64,000 nt of DNA from Bradymonadia bacterium (lineage in GTDB: Bacteria; Myxococcota_A; Bradymonadia; UBA7976; UBA1532), in NCBI GenBank assembly GCA_046290225.1, contig JBKAGE010000070.1, forward strand, positions 64,001-128,000, in the 5' to 3' direction. The number at the start of each line of letters is the position of its first letter. Positions within the stretch are counted from its first letter, which is position 1. The notes under the pieces are model-generated. The model was not told the DNA's origin, did no database searches, and saw only the letters and a program-made list of their open reading frames with translations. The position numbers and the translations under genes were made by a program. Positions 17,801 to 26,909 of the stretch are shown piece by piece.

Positions 17801-20800
17801 CTCAAGCGCCTCGACGACGCCATCACTGATGGCGATCAGATCTACGCGGTCATCCGCGGCATCGGCGGCTCGAGTGACGGCAAGGGCAAGGGCATCACCG
17901 CGCCGAACCCTCGCGGCCAGGCCCTGGCGCTGCGCAACGCCTCGGAAGACGCCGGGGTGAGCCTCGGCACCCTACAGATGGTGGAAGCCCACGGGACCTC
18001 CACCCGGGTGGGGGATCGCACCGAGGTGGAGGTGCTCACGCAAGCGTTCACCGAGGCCAAAGACGCAGTGGCTCCCGGCTCGGTGGCTCTGGGCTCGGTG
18101 AAGTCGATGCTCGGCCACCTGAAGGGGGCCGCCGGCGCCGCAGGGGTGCTCAAGACCGCCCTGGCGCTGTATCACGAGACGATCCCCCCGTCGCTCAATT
18201 TCGAGCGCCCCAACGAAGCGCTGCTCACAGAAGGCAACCCCTTCTCCGTACCCACGTCGCCCAAGGCCTGGGCTGCCGCTGGCACGCCGCGCCGTGCCGG
18301 CGTGAGCGCCTTCGGCTTCGGCGGCACCAACTTCCACGTAATCCTGGAAGAAGCGCCGAGGGCGGGCGTCTACACCGATGGTGACGCAGTGCCCTCCACC
18401 CATGATTTCGCCACCCCTTCGGCACCGGCCTCCATGGCCGCCGCCGAAGCCTCAGCGCCAGCCGTCACGCACGCAGCCGCGCCTGCTCAGAAAGAATCGA
18501 TCTCCATGACCAGCGCTCAGACCCCCGCCGCCGATCACGAGGCCATCTACGCTCGCATCCTCGAGGTGCTGTGCACGCGGACGGGCTACGACGCCGACGA
18601 GATCGAGCCCGACTTCGAACTCGAGGCCGATCTGGGCATCGACACCGTCAAGCAGGCGGAGATCATGGCCGAGGTCCGCAAGGTCTACGGTCTGCCCCGT
18701 GACGAGACCTTCAAGCTCGCTGATTACCCCACGCTCCAAGCCATGACTCAGTACGTGGTCAAGATGACCGGCGGTGTTGCACCTGCTTCGGAGCTGGCTG
18801 CAGCGCCGACAGCACCCGCAACGCCTGCAGCGCCCGTCACAACGCCTGTGGTGGCCACGCCGGCCGCACCAGAGGCACCTGTGGCAGCGGACCCTGTTGC
18901 AGCAAACCCTGTTGCAGCGAACCCTGCTGCGGACAACGAGGCCATCTACGCTCGCATCCTCGAGGTGCTGTGCACGCGGACGGGCTACGACGCCGACGAG
19001 ATCGAGCCCGACTTCGAACTCGAGGCCGATCTGGGCATCGACACCGTCAAGCAGGCGGAGATCATGGCCGAGGTCCGCAAGGTCTACGGTCTGCCCCGTG
19101 ACGAGACCTTCAAGCTCGCTGACTACCCCACGCTCCAGGCCATGACTCAGTACGTGGTCAAGATGACCGGCGGTGCTGCACCTGCCGCGGAGGCTTCTTC
19201 TGCCCCCGCAGCAACAGCAGCGCCTGTGACGGAAGCGCCCTCAGCAGCTCCTGCTGCGCGTCCGGCGTGGTGGGGCTACCTGCCTGTCACCGTCACCGCT
19301 GATCGCCCCGAGGCCCTCGACCGGGCCATTGCTGATCTGCTCACCGCCCTTGGTGCCCGCGGCGAAGCCGCTCTGGAAGACGCCCGACGCCCTGCCCTGG
19401 ACGCCACGGCGCTCCGGGCCCAGTGCCGACTGACCTGCCCCGTGCCCCCCGGTGATGTCGCTGGTGCCACCAAGGCCCTCGACAGCGCCCTCAACACGCT
19501 GCGGACCGGCAAGGGCAAGCGCGTGCTCGAGGCTCGGGGCATCAGCCTGCGTCTCACCGCCCCCAGCGGAGCCAGGACCGCGTTCCTGTTCCCTGGGCAG
19601 GGCTCGCAATACACCGGCATGCTCTCCGATCTTCGGGGGGACTTCCCGGTCATCGACGAGGTCCTCGCCGAGGCCGACAAGATCATGGTCCCCCTGTTGG
19701 GCCACAAGCTGTCGACCTACTTCGATCCTCAGCAGCCCGAGCTGGTCATCGCCGGGGAACGCCGCAGCGCCGACGAGGCTCTGCGCCAGACCCAGATCAC
19801 CCAGCCCGCCATGCTCACCGCCGACATCGCCATGTTGCGCGTGATCGAAGGCTTCGGCCTCGCCCCCGACGTGGTGGCCGGGCACTCCCTGGGCGAGTAT
19901 GCCGCCTGCGTCGCCGCGGGCATGCTCGCCCTCGCCGACGGCCTGCAGACCGTGTCCACCCGGGGCACCGCCATGGCCCAGGCCACCCCCATGGGCGGCG
20001 ACTGTGGCCTCATGGCTGCCATCCCCGCCGGGGTGACCCAGATCCAGGGCATCCTGGACGCGTGCAGCGGCTATGTCATCGCCGCCAACAAGAACAGCCC
20101 CGCCCAGACGGTCATCGCCGGCAGCACCGAGGGCGTGCAGGAGGCCCTGGCAAAGCTCGCCGAGGCGGGCTTCGACGGCATGCTCATCCCCGTGAGCCAT
20201 GCCTTCCACTCCGAGGTGGTGGCCAGCGCCTCGGTGCCCCTCACCGCCCACCTGAAGTCCATCGACGTGAAGGCTCCGGCGATCCCCGTGCTGAGCAACG
20301 TCACCGCAGAGTACTTCCCGAGCAACCGAGCGCAGATCATCGATCTGCTCGGGGTGCAGGTGGCCCGCCCGGTGGAGTTCATCGGCATGGTGGAGCGCAT
20401 GTACGCCGACGGCGTGCGCACCTTCGTGGAGATCGGCCCCAAGCGGGCTCAGACGGGCTTCGTGAACAGCATCCTCGGTGATCGCCCCCACCGGGCCCTG
20501 TGCACCAACCACCCCAAGTTCGGCGGCCCCACCACGCTGCGGACCGCCCTCGCCGGCGCCGTGGCCGAGGGCATCGCCCTGCAGCCCTGGTCTGCAGATC
20601 GCCGCGCCATCAAGCTCAACGCAACCGCGGCAGCCTCTGTGGCCCCTGCGCCCATGGCGGCAGCGCCTGCGCCGAGCGCACCCGCAGTGACCGCCTCGCA
20701 GCCCACCGTCGGTGAGCCCGTGGTGGTGAGCGGCCTCACCGCTGCCCTCCCAGGCCGCGAGCGGCTCTTCACCGACGAAGACCCCTTCGAGCGGATCCTC

Positions 20801-23800
20801 AACGGCGAGAACCTCATCTCGGAGATCCCCGAGGCCGCCCGCCGCAACATGGCCAACAAGGCCATCACCCGCCTGGTGAAGAACAAGGACGGCGGCGGCG
20901 AGCTCGTGCCCGTGGACAACCCCGACGAGATGATCCACCTCGCCGGCCAGCTCGGCGATTACGATCTCATCGAGGACTTCGGGGTGCCCGCCGATCTGGT
21001 GAAGGCCCTCGACCGCGCCACGGGCGCCGCTTTGGGTTGCGGCCTCGACGTGCTCCGCGACGCCGGCCTGCCCATGATCCCCCACGAGCGGGTGACCCGG
21101 AGTGGCCGCAAGCTCAAGGTGGGCTGGCGACTGCCGGAGGTCATCGGTGATCGCACCGGCGTGATCTTCGCCTCGGCCTTCGCCGGTGAAGATGTGATGA
21201 TGGACGAGCTGAGCCGCCACATGGAGGCCCAGTTCGCCACCCGCACCGAGGCCGCCCGGGCCACCCTCGCCGAGCGCATGCTGCAGGCCCTGCCCGACGC
21301 TGAGAGCCGCGCCCGCATGCAGGCCCTCATCGACGAGGCCATCCCTGCTCAGGATCCGGCGGAGCTGTTCCAGTTCAACCGCCAGTACCTCGTGCAGATC
21401 CTCGGCCTCGGGGCCAGCCGCTTCGCGGAGTTCGTCGGCGCCCGCGGGCCCAACCTGCACATGAACATCGCCTGCGCCTCCACCACCGGGGCCGTGGCCA
21501 TCGCCAACGACTGGATCGCCCAGGGCCGCGCCGATCGCGTGGTGATCCTCGGCGCCGACGACGTCACCCGCGGGCACCTGCTCGAGTGGGTGGGCTCCGG
21601 CTTCCTCGCCGTGGGCGCCGCCACCAACGTCAAGGATGTCGCCGAGGGTGCCCTGCCCTTCGATGCCCGTCGCAACGGCATGATCGTCGGCGGCGGCGCA
21701 GTGGCTCTGCTGGTGGAGAAGGAGTCCGAGGTCCGAGCCCGAGGCATGTGCCCCGTGGCCGAGGTGGTGGCGACGCATCTGGTGAACAGCGCCATGCACC
21801 CCACCCGCCTCGACGTGGATCACGTGGCCCGGGAGGTGGGCGCCCTGATGACCGCCGCTGAGGCCAGGAAGCCCGGCCTCGATCGCCACGAGATCGCCTC
21901 GAAGACGGTCTTCATGAGCCACGAGACCTACACCCCCGCCCGAGGGGGCAGCGCCGCAGCGGAGATCGAGGCCCTGCGCCGCACCTTCGGCGACGCAGCC
22001 AACAGCGTGGTCATCGCCAACACCAAGGGCTTCTCGGGCCACCCCATGGGGGCGGGCATCGAAGACGCCGTGGTGCTCAAGGGCATGCAGCGCCAGAAGC
22101 TGCCCCCCATCGCCAACTTCAAGGTGCCTGATCCCACTCTGGGCGATCTCCGGCTCAGCCAGGGCGGCCCCCACGAGCTGCAGTACGCCCTGCGCCTCGC
22201 CGCGGGCTTCGGTTCTCAGCTCGCGCTGGTGCTCTACCGGGCCATGAGCACGATCCACACGCACCCCAACGAGGACCGCGTGGACGATCGGGCCCTGTAC
22301 CGCCGCTGGGTGGGCAGCCTCATCGGCGCCGACCAGGCTGAGGTCGAGGTGGTGAAGCGCGTGCTCCGGGTGCTGCCGATGAAGGCCGCCCAGCCCGAGG
22401 CCCCGGCCCCCACCACGGTGACGCCCGGAGTCCCTGCGCCTCAGCAGGTGATCCAGCCTGTAGCGGCGGCCCCTGCGGCCACCGCTCAGGGTGAGGCGGC
22501 GATCTACGGCACGCTGCTCGAGGTGCTCTGTGAGCGCACCGGCTACGACGCTGACGAGGTGGAGCCGGAGTTCGAGCTCGAGGCCGACTTGGGCATCGAC
22601 ACCGTCAAGCAGGCGGAGATCATGGCCGAGGTCCGCAAGGTCTACGGCCTGCCCCGCGACGAGTCCTTCAAGCTCGCCGACTACCCCACGCTCAAGGCCA
22701 TGACCGCTTACGTCATCAAGATGACTGGCGGTGCAAAGGCTGCAGCGCCAGCCGTCGAGGCGGCCCCGGCAGCACCTGCGCCCAAGGCCCCTGTGGCCAG
22801 GGTGCAGCTGGCTCAGGCCCCCGCTCCTGCCCCCGTCAAGGCTCAGCCTCCCATCGTCGAGGTGAACCCCGTAGCCGATCCCCGCGTGGTGGAGGCCCCT
22901 ACGGTCGAGACGCCTGCAGTGCTGGAGCCCAAGGGCATCGAGCGCCGTCTGGTCACCGTGAACGAGGGCCCGGGCATCGCCCCTGATCCTCAGCGGCTGC
23001 GCCAGCAGGTCGCTGGCCGCACCGTGGCCCTCGTCGGCGGCCCCGAAGGTCTCACCGAGACCCTCGCCAAAGCCCTCGCCGAGGCCGGCGCCCGCACGGT
23101 GACTCTCCCCCTCCCCACGGGGGGCGACATCGACGCCTGGACCGCCCACTTCGAGGGCGTGCTCTCCGGCGTCACCGGCGTCATCCAGATGCTGGGCTAC
23201 AGCCCTGTGGATGGCCCCGAGGGCGTCTACCGCCAGGGCGCCCTCACCTTCGCTCTGGCCAAGGCCCTGCGTCGGCAGCAGCCTGCAGGGGGCTTCTTCA
23301 TCACCCTCACCAGCATGGGCGGCCGCTTGGGCTTCGGTCAGGGGAACGGCACCCTGCCCCTCGGCGGCGCCGTGGCCGGTGTCACCAAGAGCCTGAGCCG
23401 CGAGTGGGCCGAGGCCCGCGTTCGCGTCATCGACCTCGAGCCTGGAGTGGTGTTCCACGGCCTGGGTGAGCTGGTGCTCGCCGAGGCGTTCTCCGACCGC
23501 CACGAGGTAGAGGTGGGCATCCGCGGCGGCCAGCGCTTCACCGTGCGGGAGACCGCGCTCTCGGTGAGCGGGCCCTCCCCCATGGGCGTGCGCCTCAACC
23601 CCACCTCGGTGATCCTCATCACTGGGGGCGCCGGGGGCATCACCGCCCGCATCGCCGGCGACATCGCCCGGCGCACTGGGGCCCGGCTGGCCCTCGTGGG
23701 CCGCACCGCCCTCACCCACGCCGATCCGCGTAGCATCGACCTCGAGCAGGAGAAGGCCCGTATCAAGGCTGATCTCAAGGCCCGCGGCGAGCGCGCCACG

Positions 23801-26392
23801 CCCATGGCGGTGCAGAAGGCCATCCGCCCTCTGGCTCGCCAGCAGGAGATCGCCGGGATCATCGACGCCCTCAAGGCCGAAGGGGCCGCCGACGTGGCCT
23901 ACTTCAGCGCCGACACCTCCGATGGGGCCGCCCTCGAGACCGTGGTCCGAGAGGTGCGTCAGCGCTTCGGCCGCATCGACGGGGTCATCCACGGCGCCGG
24001 TGTGGAGATCAGTCGCCGCATCGAGGAGAAGCCCGGGGCGGAGTTCGACCGCGTGTTCCGGGGCAAGGCCCTCGGCGGGCTGCACCTGTGGCGCCTCACT
24101 GGTGAGCAGCGGATCGCAGGCGAGGGCCCATTGTCGTTCTTCGTCACCTTCAGCTCCGTCGCTGGCCGCTACGGCAACGCCGGCCAGGCGGACTACAGCG
24201 CCGCCAACGAGGTGCTCAACAAGCTCGTGGCCCAGGTGAACGCCGGGGGCAAGGCCCAGATCGCCTTGTCGCTGGACTGGACCGCCTGGGACGAGGTAGG
24301 CATGGCGGTGCACGGCTCGATGAAGCAGATCCTCACCGCCGCAGGGGTGGAGCTGCTGCCCCCTGAGGTGGGCGCCCCCATGGTGGGTGACCTGCTCGAG
24401 TCGGGCATCTGGGGTGAGGTGGTCATCGCCGGCCGCCTCGGCCAGCTCGGGGGCAAGACCCCCGTGGCCCCGCCGGTGGCCTTGCCCGATCTCAGCCGCA
24501 GCCCCTTCCTCGATGCCATCGTCCGGTACACCCCGGGCCAGAGCCTCGAGGCGAGCCGCACCCTCGACCTGACCCGCGATCACTGCCTGCGGGGCCACAT
24601 CTACGACGGCGTGGCCCTGGTGCCCGGGGTCATCGGCATGGAGATGATGGCCGAGGCCGCTCGGGCGCTGTTCCCGCGCCTGGCCTTCATCGGGGTGGAC
24701 GATCTCGACTTCGCCGCCGCCCTCAAGCTGCACCGGGGCGAGCCTGTGGAGGTCCGCGTCGACGTCGAGGCTCTGCCCGCCGTCGAGGGTGAGGCCGCTC
24801 AGCTCGTGAAGGCCTCGGTCCGTTCGGTGCGCACCAACCGCGCCGGTCGCACCCTCGAGGCAGAGCACTTCCGCTCCATCGTGCGCCTCGGCGGTCTCGC
24901 CGACCCCGCGCCGGAGCCGTTGCCTTTCGACACCGAGGATGCCTTCCGGGTGGGCCCTGATCAGCACGTGCTCTACCAGCGCATGTTCCACAGCGGGGTC
25001 TTCGAGGTCATCACCGACATCCCCTTCGTGGGCGACAAGGCGGTCATCTGCCGCGGCCGGCTCCCCGGCGCAGCCCTCACCGAGGGTGGCCTCGATGACG
25101 ACGCCATCACTGATCCGCTGGTCCGGGAGATGGCCTTCCAGACTGCTGGCCTGTGGGGGATCATCTGGCACAAGCGCCAGTACCTGCCCCTCAAGGCACG
25201 CCAGATCCGGCAGTACCAGCGCCACCTGCCCGAGGGCGGGGAGCTGGTCATCCGGGCCCGTCTCATCGAGGGCGGCCCGGAGAAGGCCGTGCTCGACGTG
25301 GAGGTGGTCACCCTCGACGGCCGGCTGATCCAACGCCTGCACGGCCTGGAGATGATCGGCCACCGTCCCCTGGCGGAGCACGAGATCCTCAACGTGGGCC
25401 CTCAGCGCCCGGTCATCGGCCGCACCCTCGAGGTCGAAGACATCCGCGTGTGGATGGGTGGCCTGGGCAAGATCATCGACGACACCCTCACCCCCGAGGA
25501 GCGCGCCGAGTGGGCCCGTCTGCGGCACCCTGATCGTCGTATGGACTGGCTCGCAGGCCGGATGGCGGCCAAGTCCCTCGTCTGTGACTACGTACGGGAC
25601 TTCATGGGCCAGGGCATCGACCCCGAGCGGGTGCAGATCACTCGGACCGAGGCGGGGCAACCCGTGGTGCGGTTCCACCCGCCGGAGAAGGCCCCCGGCC
25701 GACCCCCGGCCCTCACCATCAGCCACTCCAGCGGCACCGCCCTCGCCGTGCTCGCCCTGTCGCCCAACCTACGACCTGGGGTGGACATCGAGCGGGTGCA
25801 GCCCCGGAGCGAGGCCTTCATCGCCGACTACTTCACCGAGGCCGAGGCCGCTCTCGAGATCCCCGGGGCCATCAGCCGCGACGAGCGCATCACCGCGCTC
25901 TGGGCCCTCAAAGAGGCAGTGACCAAGGCCCTGGGCACCGGTCTCGCGGTGAGCACCTCGGACATCACCATCGAGTCCATCACCCCCACCCGAGAGGGCA
26001 ACACCCTCGAGGGTCAGGCTCAGATCAGCCTGAAGGGCGACGCGCTGAGGGCATACGACGCGCTGGAAGGCCAGGCCCTCACCGCCACGGTCACCCTCGT
26101 GGGGGCCTTTGCCCGGGCGCTGGTCTGCCTCACCAGCGAGCTGCCCCTCGACCCGCCGGCGGCGCAGGTTGCCCCTGTGGAGCCTGTCGCCGATGTACCC
26201 GTCGGTGAGCCCACCGCCGAGCCCGCCCCGGCCCCCATCGCTGATCGCCACGTGGAGCGCGCCACCCACGCCGAGGGGCAGACCCTCGCCGTGCGGCCTG
26301 CGCTCGACGACAACCTCAAGGCGGCCATCGCCGCCCTCTTGTTCGACCGCGGCCTGTTGAGCCACGGCCTGCGCCCCGGGAGCAAACGATGA
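14822..26392 (+). CDS. Single-chain iterative type I PKS / PUFA-synthase-like megasynthase: ER*(degenerate)-ER(FabK/PfaD-type)-KS-ACP-ACP-AT-KS-ACP-KR-DH-PPTase
   Basis: ER: PIHQGPM, EGSEAGGHVG, GVQMGTAYL. KS1: DAACASS/EAHGTST/GHLKGAAG. ACPs: ELEADLGIDTVKQAE x3. AT: FPGQGSQ, GHSLG, HAFHS. KS2: NIACAST/SHETYT/GHPMG. KR: TGGAGGI, YSAANE. DH: HIYDGVALVP. PPTase: ISHS, GVDIE, WALKEAVTKALGTG. Confidence 0.95.
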   Translation: MIPPAASTSQNTLFTVLPTLGAWQDRAVSTLATGAAVVLDLGDRPVDVAAAPTHASLWWRVGSHRSADLAALLDRGGRAEGLWIAAGHRFEDVQVAVAQLKRRAPSRPIAVEVLSRQEAEAAMAAGATMVVCKGLEAGGFIGEESISVLTRACAEVAPMVVAWGGAGPDSVAALKALGACGAVLADALMLASDAPTGEALRKILHRFDPRDTRTLGRQFNRRLGVFAQLGTRPVRALEAEAASLFKGHEAQGAEQFWGQVRDTLADDVSTWNPKTHVLALGQEAALARHLMAAVGAEGTTADLVSHVQRVTAEIEAGVAADFPLQAGAGICRTNGTVLPIHQGPMAQTSDVPAFAEAVARAGAMPWLALANMPTHVAEKLMVETAARLGDLPWGAGIIGLEANPYRDAHIELIKKYRPQSALVAAGTTEQAQQIENFGVPSWLHTPTPNLVQGALAAGATRLILEGSEAGGHVGTLGGLLLWQLGALEMMAAIDEGVAQADALAVTPAGGIGDARSAAAAATVMWRLHRRGVAVGVQMGTAYLMTEEIVSTGALTAYYQTAAMQVGQTVLMGESVRTPTRVLDTPQATRVLAREVAREVARAPLGERKSAYEHDNLGGLRAAAKGQKIDKIIPGQGALFCPIPIDEQQDTGLFHIGQGVALVKGTTTMAALHHDVTEGARAVMAGEAPRQQRSVPTEHAAPSALAASAPEGAIAIVGVGCCLPDALTVEQFWRNLIEGHSAIGEVPESRWSTDLFYNADPKAEDRTYSRIGGFVRDFKFDRKAFRLPPKVVSRIDVGQQWALEATRQALTDAGLYGDDAKAFDRSRCAVILGNAMGGDTRDLTNFRLNMPRFLQALDGVLTEVDPELGRRLQAMKSDLEARLKVGQLVVDEDAMPGELSNIVAGRVAQVFDLHGPNFTTDAACASSMAALQGAIEGLRSKRFDIAVSGGVDSSMGMPAYVKFSKIGALSATGSRPFDAGADGFVMGEGAAVLVLKRLDDAITDGDQIYAVIRGIGGSSDGKGKGITAPNPRGQALALRNASEDAGVSLGTLQMVEAHGTSTRVGDRTEVEVLTQAFTEAKDAVAPGSVALGSVKSMLGHLKGAAGAAGVLKTALALYHETIPPSLNFERPNEALLTEGNPFSVPTSPKAWAAAGTPRRAGVSAFGFGGTNFHVILEEAPRAGVYTDGDAVPSTHDFATPSAPASMAAAEASAPAVTHAAAPAQKESISMTSAQTPAADHEAIYARILEVLCTRTGYDADEIEPDFELEADLGIDTVKQAEIMAEVRKVYGLPRDETFKLADYPTLQAMTQYVVKMTGGVAPASELAAAPTAPATPAAPVTTPVVATPAAPEAPVAADPVAANPVAANPAADNEAIYARILEVLCTRTGYDADEIEPDFELEADLGIDTVKQAEIMAEVRKVYGLPRDETFKLADYPTLQAMTQYVVKMTGGAAPAAEASSAPAATAAPVTEAPSAAPAARPAWWGYLPVTVTADRPEALDRAIADLLTALGARGEAALEDARRPALDATALRAQCRLTCPVPPGDVAGATKALDSALNTLRTGKGKRVLEARGISLRLTAPSGARTAFLFPGQGSQYTGMLSDLRGDFPVIDEVLAEADKIMVPLLGHKLSTYFDPQQPELVIAGERRSADEALRQTQITQPAMLTADIAMLRVIEGFGLAPDVVAGHSLGEYAACVAAGMLALADGLQTVSTRGTAMAQATPMGGDCGLMAAIPAGVTQIQGILDACSGYVIAANKNSPAQTVIAGSTEGVQEALAKLAEAGFDGMLIPVSHAFHSEVVASASVPLTAHLKSIDVKAPAIPVLSNVTAEYFPSNRAQIIDLLGVQVARPVEFIGMVERMYADGVRTFVEIGPKRAQTGFVNSILGDRPHRALCTNHPKFGGPTTLRTALAGAVAEGIALQPWSADRRAIKLNATAAASVAPAPMAAAPAPSAPAVTASQPTVGEPVVVSGLTAALPGRERLFTDEDPFERILNGENLISEIPEAARRNMANKAITRLVKNKDGGGELVPVDNPDEMIHLAGQLGDYDLIEDFGVPADLVKALDRATGAALGCGLDVLRDAGLPMIPHERVTRSGRKLKVGWRLPEVIGDRTGVIFASAFAGEDVMMDELSRHMEAQFATRTEAARATLAERMLQALPDAESRARMQALIDEAIPAQDPAELFQFNRQYLVQILGLGASRFAEFVGARGPNLHMNIACASTTGAVAIANDWIAQGRADRVVILGADDVTRGHLLEWVGSGFLAVGAATNVKDVAEGALPFDARRNGMIVGGGAVALLVEKESEVRARGMCPVAEVVATHLVNSAMHPTRLDVDHVAREVGALMTAAEARKPGLDRHEIASKTVFMSHETYTPARGGSAAAEIEALRRTFGDAANSVVIANTKGFSGHPMGAGIEDAVVLKGMQRQKLPPIANFKVPDPTLGDLRLSQGGPHELQYALRLAAGFGSQLALVLYRAMSTIHTHPNEDRVDDRALYRRWVGSLIGADQAEVEVVKRVLRVLPMKAAQPEAPAPTTVTPGVPAPQQVIQPVAAAPAATAQGEAAIYGTLLEVLCERTGYDADEVEPEFELEADLGIDTVKQAEIMAEVRKVYGLPRDESFKLADYPTLKAMTAYVIKMTGGAKAAAPAVEAAPAAPAPKAPVARVQLAQAPAPAPVKAQPPIVEVNPVADPRVVEAPTVETPAVLEPKGIERRLVTVNEGPGIAPDPQRLRQQVAGRTVALVGGPEGLTETLAKALAEAGARTVTLPLPTGGDIDAWTAHFEGVLSGVTGVIQMLGYSPVDGPEGVYRQGALTFALAKALRRQQPAGGFFITLTSMGGRLGFGQGNGTLPLGGAVAGVTKSLSREWAEARVRVIDLEPGVVFHGLGELVLAEAFSDRHEVEVGIRGGQRFTVRETALSVSGPSPMGVRLNPTSVILITGGAGGITARIAGDIARRTGARLALVGRTALTHADPRSIDLEQEKARIKADLKARGERATPMAVQKAIRPLARQQEIAGIIDALKAEGAADVAYFSADTSDGAALETVVREVRQRFGRIDGVIHGAGVEISRRIEEKPGAEFDRVFRGKALGGLHLWRLTGEQRIAGEGPLSFFVTFSSVAGRYGNAGQADYSAANEVLNKLVAQVNAGGKAQIALSLDWTAWDEVGMAVHGSMKQILTAAGVELLPPEVGAPMVGDLLESGIWGEVVIAGRLGQLGGKTPVAPPVALPDLSRSPFLDAIVRYTPGQSLEASRTLDLTRDHCLRGHIYDGVALVPGVIGMEMMAEAARALFPRLAFIGVDDLDFAAALKLHRGEPVEVRVDVEALPAVEGEAAQLVKASVRSVRTNRAGRTLEAEHFRSIVRLGGLADPAPEPLPFDTEDAFRVGPDQHVLYQRMFHSGVFEVITDIPFVGDKAVICRGRLPGAALTEGGLDDDAITDPLVREMAFQTAGLWGIIWHKRQYLPLKARQIRQYQRHLPEGGELVIRARLIEGGPEKAVLDVEVVTLDGRLIQRLHGLEMIGHRPLAEHEILNVGPQRPVIGRTLEVEDIRVWMGGLGKIIDDTLTPEERAEWARLRHPDRRMDWLAGRMAAKSLVCDYVRDFMGQGIDPERVQITRTEAGQPVVRFHPPEKAPGRPPALTISHSSGTALAVLALSPNLRPGVDIERVQPRSEAFIADYFTEAEAALEIPGAISRDERITALWALKEAVTKALGTGLAVSTSDITIESITPTREGNTLEGQAQISLKGDALRAYDALEGQALTATVTLVGAFARALVCLTSELPLDPPAAQVAPVEPVADVPVGEPTAEPAPAPIADRHVERATHAEGQTLAVRPALDDNLKAAIAALLFDRGLLSHGLRPGSKR
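18537..19174 (+). repeat. Near-identical tandem ACP-coding duplication (399-bp offset)
   Basis: 18537-18775 vs 18936-19174 differ at only two synonymous positions that I could see (gat/gac; caa/cag). Confidence 0.9.
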
Positions 26393-26895
26393 GTCGTTAT
26401 GTGGTCAAGATGCCCGGGGGTCAGCCGATCCCCGTCCGTCTCACTGCGGGGCCCCGGGGCTGGTCTGCAGAGGTGGAAGACGGCGCCCACTGGCTGAAGC
26501 TGGTGCACTTCGACGGACAGGACGCGGTGTGTGTGGAGATCGACGGCGATCGATACGAGCTGTCGCTGAGCCGCGACTTCGGCGATGTGGAGATCGCCCC
26601 GGCGACGCTGCCCCCCACCACCCACAAGCCCCGGCCCAAGGCCATCGCGGCCCCTGGGGACTTCACCAGCACCATCACCGGCGCGGTGCTGGAGATCTGC
26701 GTGGGCCCCGGCGATCACGTGCAGCCCGGTGATCCCCTGGTGGTCATCGAGGCCATGAAGATGGAGAACACGCTGTGCGCCCCCCGAGCGGGCACCATCG
26801 TGGCGATCTCTGCCCGTCAGGGCGACACTGTCCGCAAGGGCGAAACCCTGCTGGTCCTGGGGCCCCCGCCCCTCGACCCCCCCACCATGCACTGA
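26389..26895 (+). CDS. Biotin carboxyl carrier protein (biotinyl domain)
   Basis: IEAMKMEN biotinylation motif; ATGA overlap with PKS stop. Confidence 0.93.
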   Translation: MSRYVVKMPGGQPIPVRLTAGPRGWSAEVEDGAHWLKLVHFDGQDAVCVEIDGDRYELSLSRDFGDVEIAPATLPPTTHKPRPKAIAAPGDFTSTITGAVLEICVGPGDHVQPGDPLVVIEAMKMENTLCAPRAGTIVAISARQGDTVRKGETLLVLGPPPLDPPTMH

Positions 26896-26909
26896 GCCGA
26901 GGAGCGACC

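Noticed and set aside
19241..25726. 2161-aa antisense ORF (and 14795-17038) opposite the megasynthase
   Set aside because: Shadow frame of a GC-biased gene; no recognisable motifs, while the plus strand has a full set of PKS motifs.
14822..26392. Calling the synthase an enediyne PKSE or a canonical pfaA
   Set aside because: It has an extra ER and a second KS, no enediyne cassette or TE genes, and no pfaB/C/D genes alongside.
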